Part shown: positions 43,233 through 55,469 of the stretch, piece by piece
Numbering within the stretch: the stretch's first letter is position 1
Layout: each line of letters begins with the position of its first letter
NCBI GenBank assembly: GCA_943840615.1
Contig: CALSVI010000019.1
Span: 6,362-70,361 of the forward strand
Source: an uncultured Luminiphilus sp.
GTDB taxonomy: Bacteria; Pseudomonadota; Gammaproteobacteria; Pseudomonadales; Halieaceae
Reading direction: 5' to 3'
DNA length: 64,000 nt
Notes under the pieces: model-generated
What the model was told of the DNA's origin: nothing
Database searches by the model: none
The model's input: only the letters and a program-made list of their open reading frames with translations
Made by a program: the position numbers and the translations under genes

Positions 43233-43239
43233 CAAAGGT

Positions 43240-43325
43240 TGGTGCGGAAGGCGGGACTTGAACCCGCACAGCCATAGGCCACTACCCCCTCAAGATAGCG
43301 TGTCTACCAATTCCACCACTTCCGC
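43240..43325 (-). tRNA. tRNA-Leu (GAG)
   Basis: GCGGAAGTGGTGGAATTGGTAGACAC...TTGAGGG...GTTCAAGTCCC...CCA, long variable arm; downstream of secG (leuU position). Confidence 0.96.
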
Positions 43326-43336
43326 TTGTTGACCTG

Positions 43337-43714
43337 TCACTCCCCGCTGGCGGGGGGCGCATCATCAAAGGGTATGTCACCCTCCGATTCAAAGTCTATG
43401 ACCGGCACATCACTTTCCGGCGCTGCTGCTTCAACCGTCTCATAGACTGGCACTTCGAAGCCCAAATCTTCCTCACTCGCGGTTCGGTTATCCGCGATGA
43501 CGGCAAGCCCAAAGCTGCTGACAAAAAAGATCGCCGCCAACCACGCCGTTGTGCGCGTTAACGCATTGCCGCTGCCGCCACTGCCAAACAAGGTCTGTGA
43601 GGCACCGGCACCGAATGACGCACCCACGTCAGCCCCCTTGCCACGCTGCAGCAATATGAGTGCGATAAGCGCCAGTGCAACGAATAAGTGCACCATGAGG
43701 GTAATCTGTTCCAT
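43337..43714 (-). other. secG: Preprotein translocase subunit SecG
   Basis: LILLQRGKGADVGASFGAGASQTLFGS. Confidence 0.96.
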
Positions 43715-43798
43715 TAATCGTCCCAATCCTGCGCCGAAAACCGGCAGCTCCCGTAGGGCGCGAGATCATACCGGCCGCGTCCCTGTGTCGCAACTGAA

Positions 43799-45136
43799 CT
43801 AATGCGACTGCCGAATCACCTCGGCTATCCCTTCTGCAAGGCGTTGATTTTCGCCCGCATCGGTCCCTTCTATCATGACTCTGACCAGCGGTTCAGTACC
43901 CGATGCACGCAGCACCAGTCGACCGCGGCCTTCGAGTTGCTGCTCGACCCGCCGACTCTCCTCGAGCACCGGCTCACAAGTCTCCAGCGCAAAGCCCTGA
44001 GGTACCACGACATTGATGAGCGTCTGCGGTAATTTATGCAGCGCGCTTTTGAGCGCCAGTAGGCTCTCCCCCGATCGCGCCATCGCAGCGATCACCTGAA
44101 GTGCCGCGATAATTCCATCGCCTGTCGTCGTCAGGTTCCCACAAATAATGTGTCCGGAGGCTTCCCCTCCCAGCGACCAACCCCGCTCTGCCATGAGCTC
44201 CAGCACATAGCGATCTCCCACTTTGGCTCGCGCCAGCGGAATGCCCTTCTTCGCCAGCGCCTGCTCCATTCCGAGGTTGGACATCAAAGTGCCCACCACC
44301 CCGTCGGGAGCGTCGCCATGCCGTAAACGGTCATTCGCGATGACAAACAGCAGCTCGTCTCCGTCAACGACACTGCCGTCAGCCGCAACGCACTGCACCC
44401 GGTCGCCATCGCCGTCGAAGGCGATTCCCACGTCCGCCTGCTCACTCAGCACGCGCGCCTGGAGCGCCGTGGGAGATGTCGAGCCCACATCGCGATTGAT
44501 ATTGTATCCATCGGGCTCAGCGCCCATCACCACGACCGATGCACCCAGCTCGGTGAACACCTGCGGCGCCACCTGATAGGTGGCGCCATGCGCACAATCG
44601 AGAACCAGCTTCACACCACTGAGGCTCAATGCGTCCGGAAATGTATTTTTACAGAACTCCACGTACCGACCGGGCGCGTCCACCATTCGCGAGGCTTTGC
44701 CCAGCTCCTCGGAGGGCACCGTCTCCATGGGTTCAGAGAGCATCCGCTCAATCTTCAATTCCAGCTCATCTGACAGCTTGCTGCCGGCAGCATCAAAAAA
44801 TTTGATGCCGTTATCGGTGTAAGCGTTATGGGACGCACTGATCACAATGCCCGCTGAAGCCTTCTGGCTGCGGGTCAGCATGGCCACCGCGGGCGTGGGC
44901 ATCGGGCCGAGCAAGGTGACGCGGGCACCCGCGGCAACTAGCCCCGCCTCTAGGGCTGACTCGAACATATAGCCGGACACTCGCGTGTCCTTGCCAATCA
45001 GCACGTGGGTTGATCGCTCAGACGAGGCAAACACTTTACCGGTCGCCCATCCCAGTTTCAGCATGAAATCAGCGGTGACAGGGTACTTGCCTACCTCGCC
45101 GCGGATCCCGTCAGTACCAAAAAACTGTTTACTCAT
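43799..45136 (-). CDS. glmM: Phosphoglucosamine mutase
   Basis: [27 protein letters not shown]. Confidence 0.96.
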   Translation of the reverse strand: MSKQFFGTDGIRGEVGKYPVTADFMLKLGWATGKVFASSERSTHVLIGKDTRVSGYMFESALEAGLVAAGARVTLLGPMPTPAVAMLTRSQKASAGIVISASHNAYTDNGIKFFDAAGSKLSDELELKIERMLSEPMETVPSEELGKASRMVDAPGRYVEFCKNTFPDALSLSGVKLVLDCAHGATYQVAPQVFTELGASVVVMGAEPDGYNINRDVGSTSPTALQARVLSEQADVGIAFDGDGDRVQCVAADGSVVDGDELLFVIANDRLRHGDAPDGVVGTLMSNLGMEQALAKKGIPLARAKVGDRYVLELMAERGWSLGGEASGHIICGNLTTTGDGIIAALQVIAAMARSGESLLALKSALHKLPQTLINVVVPQGFALETCEPVLEESRRVEQQLEGRGRLVLRASGTEPLVRVMIEGTDAGENQRLAEGIAEVIRQSH

Positions 45137-45990
45137 GTTCGGCCACTCTGATTCAGTGACTGCCACATTGCCAGGGCATCAGCAGTAGCGGCAACGTCGT
45201 GTACACGGACTATACGCGCCCCGCGCTCCACTGCCATCGTCGCAAGCGCCACGCTGGCAAAAATACGATCCTCAGGTGCGCGATCGAGCACGCTGCTGAT
45301 CATCGACTTTCTCGATAAACCGACGAGAACCGGATGACCTCTCGCAACCAGCTCTTCCAGCCGCGCTAATAGTTCAAAGTTCTGATCAGCGGTCTTCCCG
45401 AAACCAAATCCGGGATCCACTATTACCTGATCGAGCTTAATCCCGGCCGACGCCAACTCCACAAAGCGCCCATCAAAAAATGCCTCTACGTCACCCATAA
45501 CGTCGTTATAAGAGGGCGCAACCTGCATGGTGTCCGGCTCCCCCTGCATATGCATCAGACACAGTGCCAAACCGGACTCAGCAGCGGCCGCCAACGCCCC
45601 AGGCCGCCTGAAGCCCCGCACATCATTCAGGAGTCCTGCCCCAAGCGCTGCTGACTCTCTCATCACGCAGGGAGTGCTGGTATCGACCGAGATAATTGTC
45701 TCGAAACGCGTGGTCAGCGCCTCCACGGCAGTCAACACACGATCCAGCTCTTCCTCTTCGGACACTGGAGTGGCGCCGGGCCGGGTCGATTCACCGCCTA
45801 CGTCCAAAATATCGGCTCCGGCAGACAGCATCAGCTCGGCGCGACGCAAGAGCGCGTCGGTATCAACGCCATCATTCTGGAAAAGCTGGCCGCCGTCAGA
45901 GAAAGAGTCTGGCGTGACGTTAAGAATCCCCATGATGCGCGGCTGACTGAGATCCAGCGCGCGCGCACCGCAGGTAATCAAGGGACCCAT
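45133..45990 (-). CDS. folP: Dihydropteroate synthase
   Basis: [43 protein letters not shown]. Confidence 0.97.
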   Translation of the reverse strand: MGPLITCGARALDLSQPRIMGILNVTPDSFSDGGQLFQNDGVDTDALLRRAELMLSAGADILDVGGESTRPGATPVSEEEELDRVLTAVEALTTRFETIISVDTSTPCVMRESAALGAGLLNDVRGFRRPGALAAAAESGLALCLMHMQGEPDTMQVAPSYNDVMGDVEAFFDGRFVELASAGIKLDQVIVDPGFGFGKTADQNFELLARLEELVARGHPVLVGLSRKSMISSVLDRAPEDRIFASVALATMAVERGARIVRVHDVAATADALAMWQSLNQSGRT

Positions 45991-46038
45991 CGGGGGATGG
46001 AGCAAGGCAGCAGTGAGAACTGCAGGTTCAGCTTTCGC

Positions 46039-47955
46039 TCAGTGCTCGGTGGCTGCACCGCCGATGGGGTTACCGGATGCTTCCGCCTCACCTTCTTCAG
46101 GAGGCGTGCCTCTATCGTCCCCTGACCAGTCCGAGGGCGGTCTAGGCATCTTACCGTCCATGATGTCATTGATCTGTTCCGCATCGATGGTCTCAAACTG
46201 CATCAACGCATCGGCCATCATATCGAGCTTGTCACGGTTGTCTTCGAGCAATTTAAACGCCTTTGCGTAGCACTCATCAATGATGCTGCGCACTTCCTTA
46301 TCAATCGACCGCGCCGTCTCGTCAGACATCGCTTTAGCGGGCTGGCCGGCTGACCGGCCCAAGAAGACTTCCTCGCCCCCCTCGTCATAGAGAAGCGGGC
46401 CCATACTCTCGGACAGCCCCCACTTGGTCACCATATTGCGAGCGACTTCTGTTGCCCGTTGAATATCGTTAGAGGCGCCCGTAGTAATACCGTCTTTACC
46501 CAGCGTCATCTCCTCGGCAACACGGCCACCGAATAGACTGGTGATCTGCGAAATAATGTGGCGCCGACTGTGACTGTAACGATCCTCTTCGGGCAGGAAC
46601 ATGGTCACACCGAGCGCCCGGCCACGCGGGATAATCGATACCTTGTAGACGGGGTCATGCTCCGGCATGAGCCGGCCAACAATCGCGTGCCCGGCCTCAT
46701 GGAAAGCCGTATTGCGCTTTTCGGCCTCGGACATCACCATCGATCGACGCTCGGCGCCCATCATAATTTTATCTTTGGCCAGCTCGAACTGATTCATGCC
46801 TACCAGACGCAGCCCGCCCCGTGCCGCGAACAGTGCCGCCTCGTTGACCAGGTTGGCCAAATCGGCACCCGAGAAGCCGGGCGTTCCGCGAGCGATCTTC
46901 GAGGGATCGACATCCTCAGAAAGCGGAACTTTGCGCATATGCACCTTGAGAATCTGTTCCCGTCCACGAATATCGGGCAGCCCAACCACCACCTGACGAT
47001 CGAATCGTCCCGGTCGCAGTAACGCGGGGTCCAGCACGTCGGGGCGGTTAGTGGCCGCAATCACGATCACGCCATCATTCATCTCGAAACCATCCATCTC
47101 AACCAGCAGCTGGTTCAGTGTCTGCTCTCGCTCGTCGTGGCCCCCGCCCAAGCCAGCGCCACGATGACGCCCCACGGCATCGATCTCGTCGATGAAAATG
47201 ATGCAGGGCGACTGCTTCTTCGCTTGCTCAAACATATCGCGGACACGCGAGGCACCCACACCGACAAACATCTCCACAAAATCGGAACCCGAAATCGAGA
47301 AAAACGGAACCTTCGCTTCGCCGGCAATGGCCTTGGCCAACAAGGTCTTTCCGGTGCCGGGCTGGCCTACCATCAGAACGCCGCGCGGTATGCGCCCTCC
47401 GAGCTTCTGGAACCGACCCGGGTCTCGCAAAAACTCTACCAGTTCCTGCACATCTTCCTTGGCTTCCTCAACGCCTGCCACATCGGCAAACGTCGTTGTA
47501 ATCTGGTCTTCGCCAAGAAGCTTCGCCTTGCTTTTACCGAAGCTCATCGGCCCGCCACGGCCGCCACCGCCACCCTGCATTTGACGCATGAAGAACATAA
47601 ACACAGCAATAATGATCAAAATCGGGAAACTGGCAATCAAGAGCTGCGTCCAGACAGATTGCTGCTCAGGCTGCTTGCCCTCAACCACGATGTTGTGCGA
47701 CAGGAGGTCATCCATCAGCTTGGGGTCTTCCACCATTGGCCTGATGGTCTCAAAGCTGCTGCCATCCTTCCGCTGCGCGGTGATGGTAAGCCCGTCCACC
47801 ATCACCTGAGACAGCCGATCGGTCTGGACTTCGCGAATAAACTCTGAATACCCCACCTGCTCCGTGCTACTTCGCAGATTGAAGTTATTGAACACCGAGA
47901 GCAGCACTGCAGCGATAAGCAGCCACAGCAAAAGATTCTTAGCCATATTGTTCAC
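46039..47955 (-). CDS. ftsH: ATP-dependent zinc metalloprotease FtsH
   Basis: [31 protein letters not shown] start after GAGG. Confidence 0.97.
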   Translation of the reverse strand: MNNMAKNLLLWLLIAAVLLSVFNNFNLRSSTEQVGYSEFIREVQTDRLSQVMVDGLTITAQRKDGSSFETIRPMVEDPKLMDDLLSHNIVVEGKQPEQQSVWTQLLIASFPILIIIAVFMFFMRQMQGGGGGRGGPMSFGKSKAKLLGEDQITTTFADVAGVEEAKEDVQELVEFLRDPGRFQKLGGRIPRGVLMVGQPGTGKTLLAKAIAGEAKVPFFSISGSDFVEMFVGVGASRVRDMFEQAKKQSPCIIFIDEIDAVGRHRGAGLGGGHDEREQTLNQLLVEMDGFEMNDGVIVIAATNRPDVLDPALLRPGRFDRQVVVGLPDIRGREQILKVHMRKVPLSEDVDPSKIARGTPGFSGADLANLVNEAALFAARGGLRLVGMNQFELAKDKIMMGAERRSMVMSEAEKRNTAFHEAGHAIVGRLMPEHDPVYKVSIIPRGRALGVTMFLPEEDRYSHSRRHIISQITSLFGGRVAEEMTLGKDGITTGASNDIQRATEVARNMVTKWGLSESMGPLLYDEGGEEVFLGRSAGQPAKAMSDETARSIDKEVRSIIDECYAKAFKLLEDNRDKLDMMADALMQFETIDAEQINDIMDGKMPRPPSDWSGDDRGTPPEEGEAEASGNPIGGAATEH

Positions 47956-48062
47956 AACAAGTCCTCTCGGTTCCGAAATACGCGGTCTCAACGTGGCCGC
48001 ACAGTATAACGCTTTGGGCAAAAACCCTTACATCCCGTGTTTTTAGGCCCTACTGCAGTGCA

Positions 48063-48087
48063 ATGGGGCTATTTCTCGCCATTTCAA
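48063..48087 (-). promoter_or_regulatory. Sigma-32 (RpoH) promoter upstream of ftsH
   Basis: Minus strand TTGAAA-13 bp-CCCCAT. Confidence 0.75.
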
Positions 48088-48147
48088 CCCCGCCAAAACA
48101 GCTTGGGCGCTCTTCTTCACCTAATAATCCGGTTCATCCGTTTTAGC

Positions 48148-48777
48148 TCACTGCTCTGCTCTGAACCCGGAAGCGACGATGTAAACCTCTCTGGAGCGCG
48201 GTCGCGAGGCACTAGGCTTACGAGTGGTTACGCGATCGAAGCGACCCCGGATCTCGCGAAACCAGTTCTCAAAACCTTCTCCCTGAAAGACCTTGGTAAT
48301 AAACGCCCCCCCGGGCGCTAACGCGCGTGTCGCCAGATCCGTCGCCAGCTCTACCAAATACATCGCTCGGGGTTGATCAACTTCAGGGAGTCCGCTCATA
48401 TTGGGCGCCATGTCGGACAACACAACATCGAGGGGCCGGTTATTCAGCTCAGCCAGCAGCAGGTCGTAGGTTTCCTGCTCGGTGAAGTCGCCTTGCACAA
48501 AAGTCACATCAGGCAGTGCGTCCATGGCCAAAATATCACTGGCAACCACCCGCCCGCGGTCCCCCACAATCTCCCCCGCCACCTGCGACCAACCGCCGGG
48601 AGCACTCCCCAGGTCCAGCACCGACATGCCGCGGCGAATGATCTGATCTTTGTTGTTGATCTCCATCAACTTGTAGACGGCGCGGGAGCGGTAACCTTCT
48701 TTCTGGGCGCGCTGCACATACAGGTCGTCGTGGTGTTCTTTCAACCAGGCACGGCTAGATGACTTTTTCTTGCCCAT
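48148..48777 (-). CDS. rlmE: 23S rRNA U2552 2'-O-methyltransferase
   Basis: [36 protein letters not shown]. Confidence 0.97.
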   Translation of the reverse strand: MGKKKSSSRAWLKEHHDDLYVQRAQKEGYRSRAVYKLMEINNKDQIIRRGMSVLDLGSAPGGWSQVAGEIVGDRGRVVASDILAMDALPDVTFVQGDFTEQETYDLLLAELNNRPLDVVLSDMAPNMSGLPEVDQPRAMYLVELATDLATRALAPGGAFITKVFQGEGFENWFREIRGRFDRVTTRKPSASRPRSREVYIVASGFRAEQ

Positions 48778-48865
48778 ATTCCCCTGCAGCAATCGACATT
48801 CACGATCAACATGGCGTTACACTTACGTCCCACAGAGTGTAACGCGATAACCCGGCAAGGCCCTC

Positions 48866-49177
48866 ATGAATAGCCCCAACAGCAAAGAGTTACGTCAGCT
48901 GCGCGCTCAGGCACATGCGCTGCGCCCTGTTGTCACGGTCGCGGGAAAAGGGCTGTCTCCGTCGGTCCTAGAAGAGCTTGAACGCGCGCTCAATGATCAC
49001 GAGCTGATCAAGGTCAAAGTATCGGTAGGGGACCGGGAGCAGCGCGATGCTGCAATCGTCTCCCTGTGCGACCACAGTGGCGCCTATCTTGTTCAGCGTA
49101 TCGGCAATATCGCAACGTTATTGCGCCACAATCCGAAAGCAGATCCCAGAAAATCCAACCTACACCGCAGTCAGTAA
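48866..49177 (+). CDS. yhbY: CRM-domain RNA-binding protein YhbY
   Basis: LRAQAHALRPVV, ALNDHELIKVK, VQRIG. Confidence 0.94.
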   Translation: MNSPNSKELRQLRAQAHALRPVVTVAGKGLSPSVLEELERALNDHELIKVKVSVGDREQRDAAIVSLCDHSGAYLVQRIGNIATLLRHNPKADPRKSNLHRSQ

Positions 49178-49191
49178 CGCCTGCCTGACGC

Positions 49192-49536
49192 ATGGCAGAG
49201 TTACTCGAGTTTCCGACCCGCGAAAAACAGGCTTTTTTGTTTCTGCAGCAAGAGCTTGCCAGCTTGCTGAAAGCCAAGGGCGCTGACGACGCGCTGATCG
49301 ATTACGCCATTACATCACTCACCGATGTCTACGGCGAATTACAGCGAGAATCTGACTGTCACTTTGAAGTGCGACTGCCGAGTCGGCTGTCTCAAGAAGA
49401 GGCGCTGACGCTCCAACAAGACGTGGCCGCGGGCCTCGAGCAACTTCGGCAGGAGCATCATGACCTGACGCTGCGATTAGCTGCTCGGCTGGTGCTCACA
49501 GAATTGCGCCTGTTTCAGCACGAGCGCAAAGATTAA
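49192..49536 (+). CDS. Hypothetical acidic, helical protein
   Basis: 114-aa ORF filling the gap between yhbY and feoB; no family recognised. Confidence 0.7.
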   Translation: MAELLEFPTREKQAFLFLQQELASLLKAKGADDALIDYAITSLTDVYGELQRESDCHFEVRLPSRLSQEEALTLQQDVAAGLEQLRQEHHDLTLRLAARLVLTELRLFQHERKD

Positions 49537-49580
49537 AAAGTAGCCCCGGTATTGTGCCGAGCGCGGAGCGCGATACCGCT

Positions 49581-51434
49581 TTACTGAAACAAAGCGGTGA
49601 CCTGGAAAGTCAGCCAGGCGGCGACCCAGGCGAGGCAAAGGTAAGCCACCACCATCTGGATCGCCAAACGCCAGGAATGAGCCTCCCGCGCAAGAATGGC
49701 GACGGTCGAGACACATTGCAGCGCAATCGCAAAAAACACCAACAGCGCCAGACCTGATCCAAGAGGCAGTGCATTTGCCTGAATCTGCTCCACCAGGGGC
49801 AGAATATTATCCTCCGCGCCCTCAATGCCCATAATGGTACCCAAAGTCCCGACAAAGACCTCTCGTGCCAAGAAAGCACTGACAATTGCCACGCCGTATC
49901 GCCAATCCAAACCAAGCGGCTGAAAGATGGGCTCGATCCACTGCCCGACCATGCCTAACCAGGATCCACCTAAATCGGCACCCTGATTAGGGAAGTAGCC
50001 CAGCACCCAAATTACGACCGTAACGCTGAGAATCACCGCGCCTGCTTTCGTGACAAAGTGCTTCGCCCGATGCACCGACCTGCGTGCGATGGGCAGCAGC
50101 GCAGGCATTCGGTACCCCGGCAATTCCATCATGAAAGGCATTTGGTCCTCCGCAGGGGTAAAGCGATTAACCAAACCCGCAATGACCAGGCCCGCAAACA
50201 TGCCAAAAAGGTAAATCGTAAACAGCGTTAATCCCTGCCATCCCACCAATCCCCAGAGGGCCGTTTCGCGAGGAATAAAAATCGCAATCAGTAGCGTATA
50301 AACCGGCAACCTGGCCGAGCAAGGCATTAATGGAATCGCGAGATAGGTGAGCCGTCTAGCCCTCGGAGACTCGATAGAGCGGGCAGCATAAATAGCCGGG
50401 ATCGCGCAGGCCACACCCGATAACATGGGAATGAAACTCTTGCCGCTCAGCCCAAAGAACCTTAGCGGCCGGTGACAAATGAGCGCGGCACGCGCGAGGT
50501 ATCCCGAATCTTCCAGCAGGCCAATGACGAATGTGAGCACGAATATCTGCGGCACAAAAACCAGGAAGGCACCAATGCCGCTGAAGATGGCATCCGCCAC
50601 AAAATCTCGAAAAACACCTTCGCTCAAATAGGGCAACAACCAGCTGCCCAACCCAATCACACCCGCCTCTACGGCATCCATCACCGGCGCGGACCAAGTG
50701 AAGATTGACTGAAACAAAATCAGCATGATGATGGAAAAGGTGAGTCCGCCAGAGAGCGAACCCAGGAAAAAGTGGTCTAGTCGAGACTGGGCCTGCAATA
50801 AGACATCTGAGGGCGCACCATATTGCTCAGCGAGACGACGAGCCTCGGCATACAGTGCGTCGTCGGCTGCCCCACCTTCGCTCGCCAGTACCGCACCCCC
50901 TGCGTGAGGCGTCTGCGTGACACCGGCCACTTGAGGTGACTCAAGCATAGCAATAATATTGTCGAGGCCCTCTCCAGTGCGTGCTGAAACCAACAACACG
51001 GGCACGCCCAGCGCTGCCGACAGGCCGTCGGTGTCAATCGTCAATCGATGACGTGTGAGAATATCGCCCATGTTGGCGACCACCGTCACAGGACGTCCCT
51101 GATGCTGGCAGGCCCGCACGACCTGTAAACAAAAAAATAAGCTCTTCTCCAGCCTCGTGGCATCCACAACGCAGAGCACCTGCTGTACTTTTGGATCCCC
51201 CAGCGAGGCATCAAAATGCCCAACCGCTATTCGCTCTTCCTCAGAAATTGGGCGCAGTGAATAGGTACCGGGAAAATCAACAAGATCCAGATGCGGCAAT
51301 TTCGCCAAGCGCCCCACTGACAGATCGACCGTAATCCCCGGGTAATTAGCGACCCGCTGATTCAATCCCGTTAGCCGGTTGAACAGCGCCGTCTTACCGG
51401 AATTGGGTGTGCCGACCAGCAAGACATTAGACAC
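49581..51434 (-). CDS. feoB: Ferrous iron transporter FeoB
   Basis: GTPNSGKT, NYPGITV, DFPGTYS, LEDSGYLARAA, PCSARLPVY, AREVFV. Confidence 0.95.
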   Translation of the reverse strand: MSNVLLVGTPNSGKTALFNRLTGLNQRVANYPGITVDLSVGRLAKLPHLDLVDFPGTYSLRPISEEERIAVGHFDASLGDPKVQQVLCVVDATRLEKSLFFCLQVVRACQHQGRPVTVVANMGDILTRHRLTIDTDGLSAALGVPVLLVSARTGEGLDNIIAMLESPQVAGVTQTPHAGGAVLASEGGAADDALYAEARRLAEQYGAPSDVLLQAQSRLDHFFLGSLSGGLTFSIIMLILFQSIFTWSAPVMDAVEAGVIGLGSWLLPYLSEGVFRDFVADAIFSGIGAFLVFVPQIFVLTFVIGLLEDSGYLARAALICHRPLRFFGLSGKSFIPMLSGVACAIPAIYAARSIESPRARRLTYLAIPLMPCSARLPVYTLLIAIFIPRETALWGLVGWQGLTLFTIYLFGMFAGLVIAGLVNRFTPAEDQMPFMMELPGYRMPALLPIARRSVHRAKHFVTKAGAVILSVTVVIWVLGYFPNQGADLGGSWLGMVGQWIEPIFQPLGLDWRYGVAIVSAFLAREVFVGTLGTIMGIEGAEDNILPLVEQIQANALPLGSGLALLVFFAIALQCVSTVAILAREAHSWRLAIQMVVAYLCLAWVAAWLTFQVTALFQ

Positions 51435-51696
51435 CCTGTGATTCTCCTATTGGGCGCACCAACACTTGTTCCGCCAGTTCCTGGTCCAACGAATAGGTAG
51501 CGTTACTGACGCGAAAAACGCGGGGGGCGCCGAACCCTGGCTGCTGCTGACAGCAGATCTCCTCTCCAGCGTGAAAACCAAACTCCTGTAAGCGACCCCG
51601 ATAACGCTCGCTCAAAGATGCCGCGAAACCCACCAGTTCAGCTGAAGCGCGAAGGGGTAAATCCCAAAGCGTGAAGATGTCGGTCTGTGCAGCCAC
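51427..51696 (-). CDS. feoA: FeoA family protein
   Basis: RLQEFGFHAGEEI SH3-like motif, overlaps the feoB start; GTG start after GGAG chosen. Confidence 0.85.
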   Translation of the reverse strand: MAAQTDIFTLWDLPLRASAELVGFAASLSERYRGRLQEFGFHAGEEICCQQQPGFGAPRVFRVSNATYSLDQELAEQVLVRPIGESQGV

Positions 51697-51730
51697 GAAG
51701 GGCTCCCGCAATAAAACGCGGATCATACGA

Positions 51731-51750
51731 TCAATGAGAATGATTTTCAG
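51731..51750. promoter_or_regulatory. Fur box
   Basis: AATGAGAATGATTTTCA closely matches the Fur consensus, directly upstream of feoAB. Confidence 0.8.
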
Positions 51751-51755
51751 TAAGT

Positions 51756-52232
51756 CTAGAGATGCTCGACCGTGTCGATCTCATACGTAACATCGCCGCC
51801 GGGCGCATTCACTGTGACCTCATCGCCCTCCATTTTACCGACCAATGCGCGAGCGATGGGGGAGTTCACAGAAATCAGATTGGCCTTCGCGTCAGCCTCA
51901 TCCTCGCCGACAATGCGGTACGTCACCGTACGGTCATCTTCGACGTCAATCAGCGTCACAGTGACCCCGAAAACAACCTTGCCGGTTAGCGGAATCGTGG
52001 TGACGTCAATAATCTGCGCGTGCGACAGCTTATGCTCAAGCTCTTGAATACGCCCTTCTGCAAAACTCTGCTGCTCTCTCGCGGCGTGATACTCGGCATT
52101 TTCTTTCAGGTCGCCGTGCTCACGCGCCTCGGCAATCGCCTGCGTAATCTCGGGGCGGTCCACCTTCTTCAGCCGCTCTAGCTCCTCCCGAAGGGCTTGC
52201 TCCCCCTGCACTGTCATGGGTACGCGATTCAT
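51756..52232 (-). CDS. greA: Transcription elongation factor GreA
   Basis: [29 protein letters not shown]. Confidence 0.97.
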   Translation of the reverse strand: MNRVPMTVQGEQALREELERLKKVDRPEITQAIAEAREHGDLKENAEYHAAREQQSFAEGRIQELEHKLSHAQIIDVTTIPLTGKVVFGVTVTLIDVEDDRTVTYRIVGEDEADAKANLISVNSPIARALVGKMEGDEVTVNAPGGDVTYEIDTVEHL

Positions 52233-55200
52233 ATGGCAATGCTCTCATGTAAGTCCTGAAGCCGGCGCACCGTGATATCCGTCTCCTGCTCTAGGGCCAT
52301 GCAGACCGCCTCCGCCGCCGCCAATGTGGTGGTATAGAACACATTGTGCTGCTCAGCGCTGGCGCGGATGGAGGCCGAATCGATAATGGCGCGGCGACCC
52401 TCTGTGGTGTTGATAATGATGGCCGCTTCATCGTTTTTGATCAAATCGACGATATGCGGGCGCCCCTCAGCCACCTTATTCACTTTACGAACGCTCAACC
52501 CCGCCTCCTCAAGCGCGCCGGCAGTGCCACCGGTCGCGGCGAGGGTAAAACCGCGCGCCACTAACCGCCGGGCAACCTCCACCGCAGCGGGTTTATCCAC
52601 ATCGCGCACACTGATCAGACAAAGCCCCGAAGTCGGCGGTTCATCGCCTGCACCGAGTTGCGCCCTCGCAAAGGCCGCTGCGAAAGTCTCGCCCGTTCCC
52701 ATCACCTCTCCCGTCGATTTCATCTCGGGTCCGAGAATCGGGTCCGTGCCGGGGAACTTGTTGAACGGCAACACCGCTTCCTTCACGCTGAAGTAAGGGG
52801 GAACGATTTCTCGGGTCACACCCTGACTATCGAGACTCTGTCCCGCCATGCATCGCGCTGCTACCTTCGCCAGAGAGACACCCACCGCTTTAGAGACAAA
52901 CGGCACTGTTCGGGAGGCTCTCGGATTGACCTCGATGACATAAATCTCTTCATCCTGCCAGGCCAGCTGCACATTCATCAGCCCGCACACCCCAAGCTCA
53001 AGCGCCATTTTTCGCACTACCTCGCGCATCGCTTCCTGCACATCAACCGGCAGACTGTAGGGAGGCAAAGAACAGGCCGAGTCACCTGAGTGCACGCCGG
53101 CCTGCTCGATATGCTGCATGATCGCGCCAATAACTACCTGCTCGCCGTCACTCACGGCATCGATATCAACCTCAATCGCGGCGCTGAGGAACCGATCCAG
53201 CAGCACGGGGGAATCTTCAGAGACCCGAACCGCGTCATTCATGTAACGCAGCAGGTCTTCCTCGCGGTAAACAATTTCCATGGCACGACCGCCCAGCACA
53301 TATGAGGGACGAACGACGAGGGGGTAACCAATGTCCGACGCTGCCGAGACAGCTTGTTCGACACTGCGTCACCGTCGTGTTCGCGGGCTGACGCAGAGAC
53401 AGCTGCTCTATCATCTGCTGAAAACGCTCCCGGTCCTCGGCGCGGTCTATCTGGTCCGGGGTGGTGCCAATAATGGGTACGCCGGCCGCCTCGAGCGCCC
53501 GAGCCAGCTTGAGCGGTGTCTGCCCACCAAACTGGACAATCACTCCCGTCGGCTGCTCGAACGCGACGATCTCGAGCACATCTTCGAGCGTCACGGGCTC
53601 AAAATAGAGCCGATCAGAGGTATCGTAGTCGGTTGAGACCGTTTCGGGATTGCAGTTGACCATGATGGTCTCGTAGCCATCCTCGCGCATCGCCAACACC
53701 GCGTGCACGCAGCAGTAGTCAAACTCGATACCCTGTCCGATCCGGTTGGGCCCACCACCCAGAACAAGAATCTTCTTACGGTCGCTGGGCGCTGCCTCGC
53801 ACTCCTCCTCGTAGGCCGAGTACATGTAGGCCGTCGACGCTGCAAATTCGGCCGCGCAGGTGTCCACCCGTTTATAGACAGGCCTGATATTGAGGGACCA
53901 ACGGTGCTCTCTGACCGCGGATTCGGGCACACCCAGCAAATCGGCGATCCGCTTGTCAGCGAACCCCCTGCGTTTGAGGCCCCACATTAGAGCGTGGTCA
54001 ACGGACGCCAAACTCACGTCCTGGAGACGCGCTTCCCATCTCACGATGTCGTCAATCTGAACCAAGAACCACGGATCGACGCCCGAGTAACCATAAATTT
54101 CTTCCAGCTCGAACCCGCTCGGAAAGCGTCCGCCAAATACCAGATACGATCGGCACCCGGATTGGTCAGCCGATCCACCAATTCGGACCGGGTATCTTCG
54201 TCCACCACCTGCATGTGGGGCTCAAAGCCTGCCGACCCGACTTCCAGCCCACGAAGCGCTTTTTGAAGGGACTCCTGAAAAGTGCGGCCGATAGCCATGA
54301 CCTCACCGACCGATTTCATTTGCGTCGTTAATCGGGGATCCGCAGTGGCAAATTTCTCAAACGCAAAACGCGGAATTTTGGTCACTACATAATCGAGCGC
54401 CGGCTCAAAAGAAGCCGGTGTAATGCCACCCGTAATATCGTTTTCGAGCTCGTTCAGGCTGTAGCCTACTGCCAGCTTCGCCGCCACTTTGGCGATCGGG
54501 AAGCCAGTGGCTTTGGACGCGAGCGCCGAGGAGCGTGAGACTCTGGGGTTCATTTCAATGACCACCAGCCGACCGGTATCGGGGCATTGGCCAAACTGCA
54601 CGTTCGAGCCGCCGGTCTCGACACCGATCTCACGCAACACCGCCAACGAGGCGTCGCGCATGATCTGATATTCCTTGTCGGTCAATGTCTGGGCCGGGGC
54701 AACCGTGATGGAATCACCGGTATGCACCCCCATGGCGTCAAAATTTTCGATCGCGCAGACAATAATGCAGTTGTCATTTTTATCTCGGACAACCTCCATC
54801 TCGTATTCTTTCCAGCCGATCAGCGACTCGTCGATCAGCAGCTCGCTGGTCGGCGAGAGTTCCAACCCCGCAGGCAGATCTCTTCGAACTCATCGCGGTT
54901 ATAGGCGATACCGCCGCCGGAACCGCCCATGGTGAAAGACGGTCTGATAATGCAGGGAAAGCCAATTTCCTCGTGCACCGACCAAGCCTCTTCCATACTG
55001 TGAGCCAGCCCTGCGCGGGGCGTCTCCAGGCCGATTCGGCGCATCGCCACGTCAAACTTCTCGCGATCTTCGGCTTTATCGATGGCCTCTTGCGTCGCGC
55101 CGATCATCTCGACCCCAAACTGCTCCAGCACTCCCTCTGAGGCCAGCTTTAACGCACAGTTAAGGGCCGTCTGTCCGCCCATGGTGGGCAATACGGCATC

Positions 55201-55449
55201 GGGCCGCTCACGCTCGATGATCCGGGCGATGGTTTGCCATTCGACCGGCTCAATATAAGTGGCGTCCGCCATCGCGGGATCGGTCATGATCGTGGCGGGA
55301 TTGGAGTTCACCAGAATGACCCGGTAACCCTCTTCCCGAAGTGCCTTACACGCTTGCGCGCCTGAGTAATCGAACTCACAGGCCTGACCGATCACAATAG
55401 GGCCTGCGCCCAGAATCAGAATACTTTCAATATCGGAACGACGCGGCAC
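52229..55449 (-). CDS. carB: Carbamoyl-phosphate synthase large subunit, split by three frameshifts (~54868, ~54110, ~53368)
   Basis: Four consecutive ORFs give [50 protein letters not shown] and [12 protein letters not shown] with no sequence missing. Confidence 0.95.
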
Positions 55450-55469
55450 GGTTCAGTGCTCTCCACTCA

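Noticed and set aside
41890-43325. Integrative element at tRNA-Leu
   Set aside because: No integrase, no att-like duplication, only one gene.
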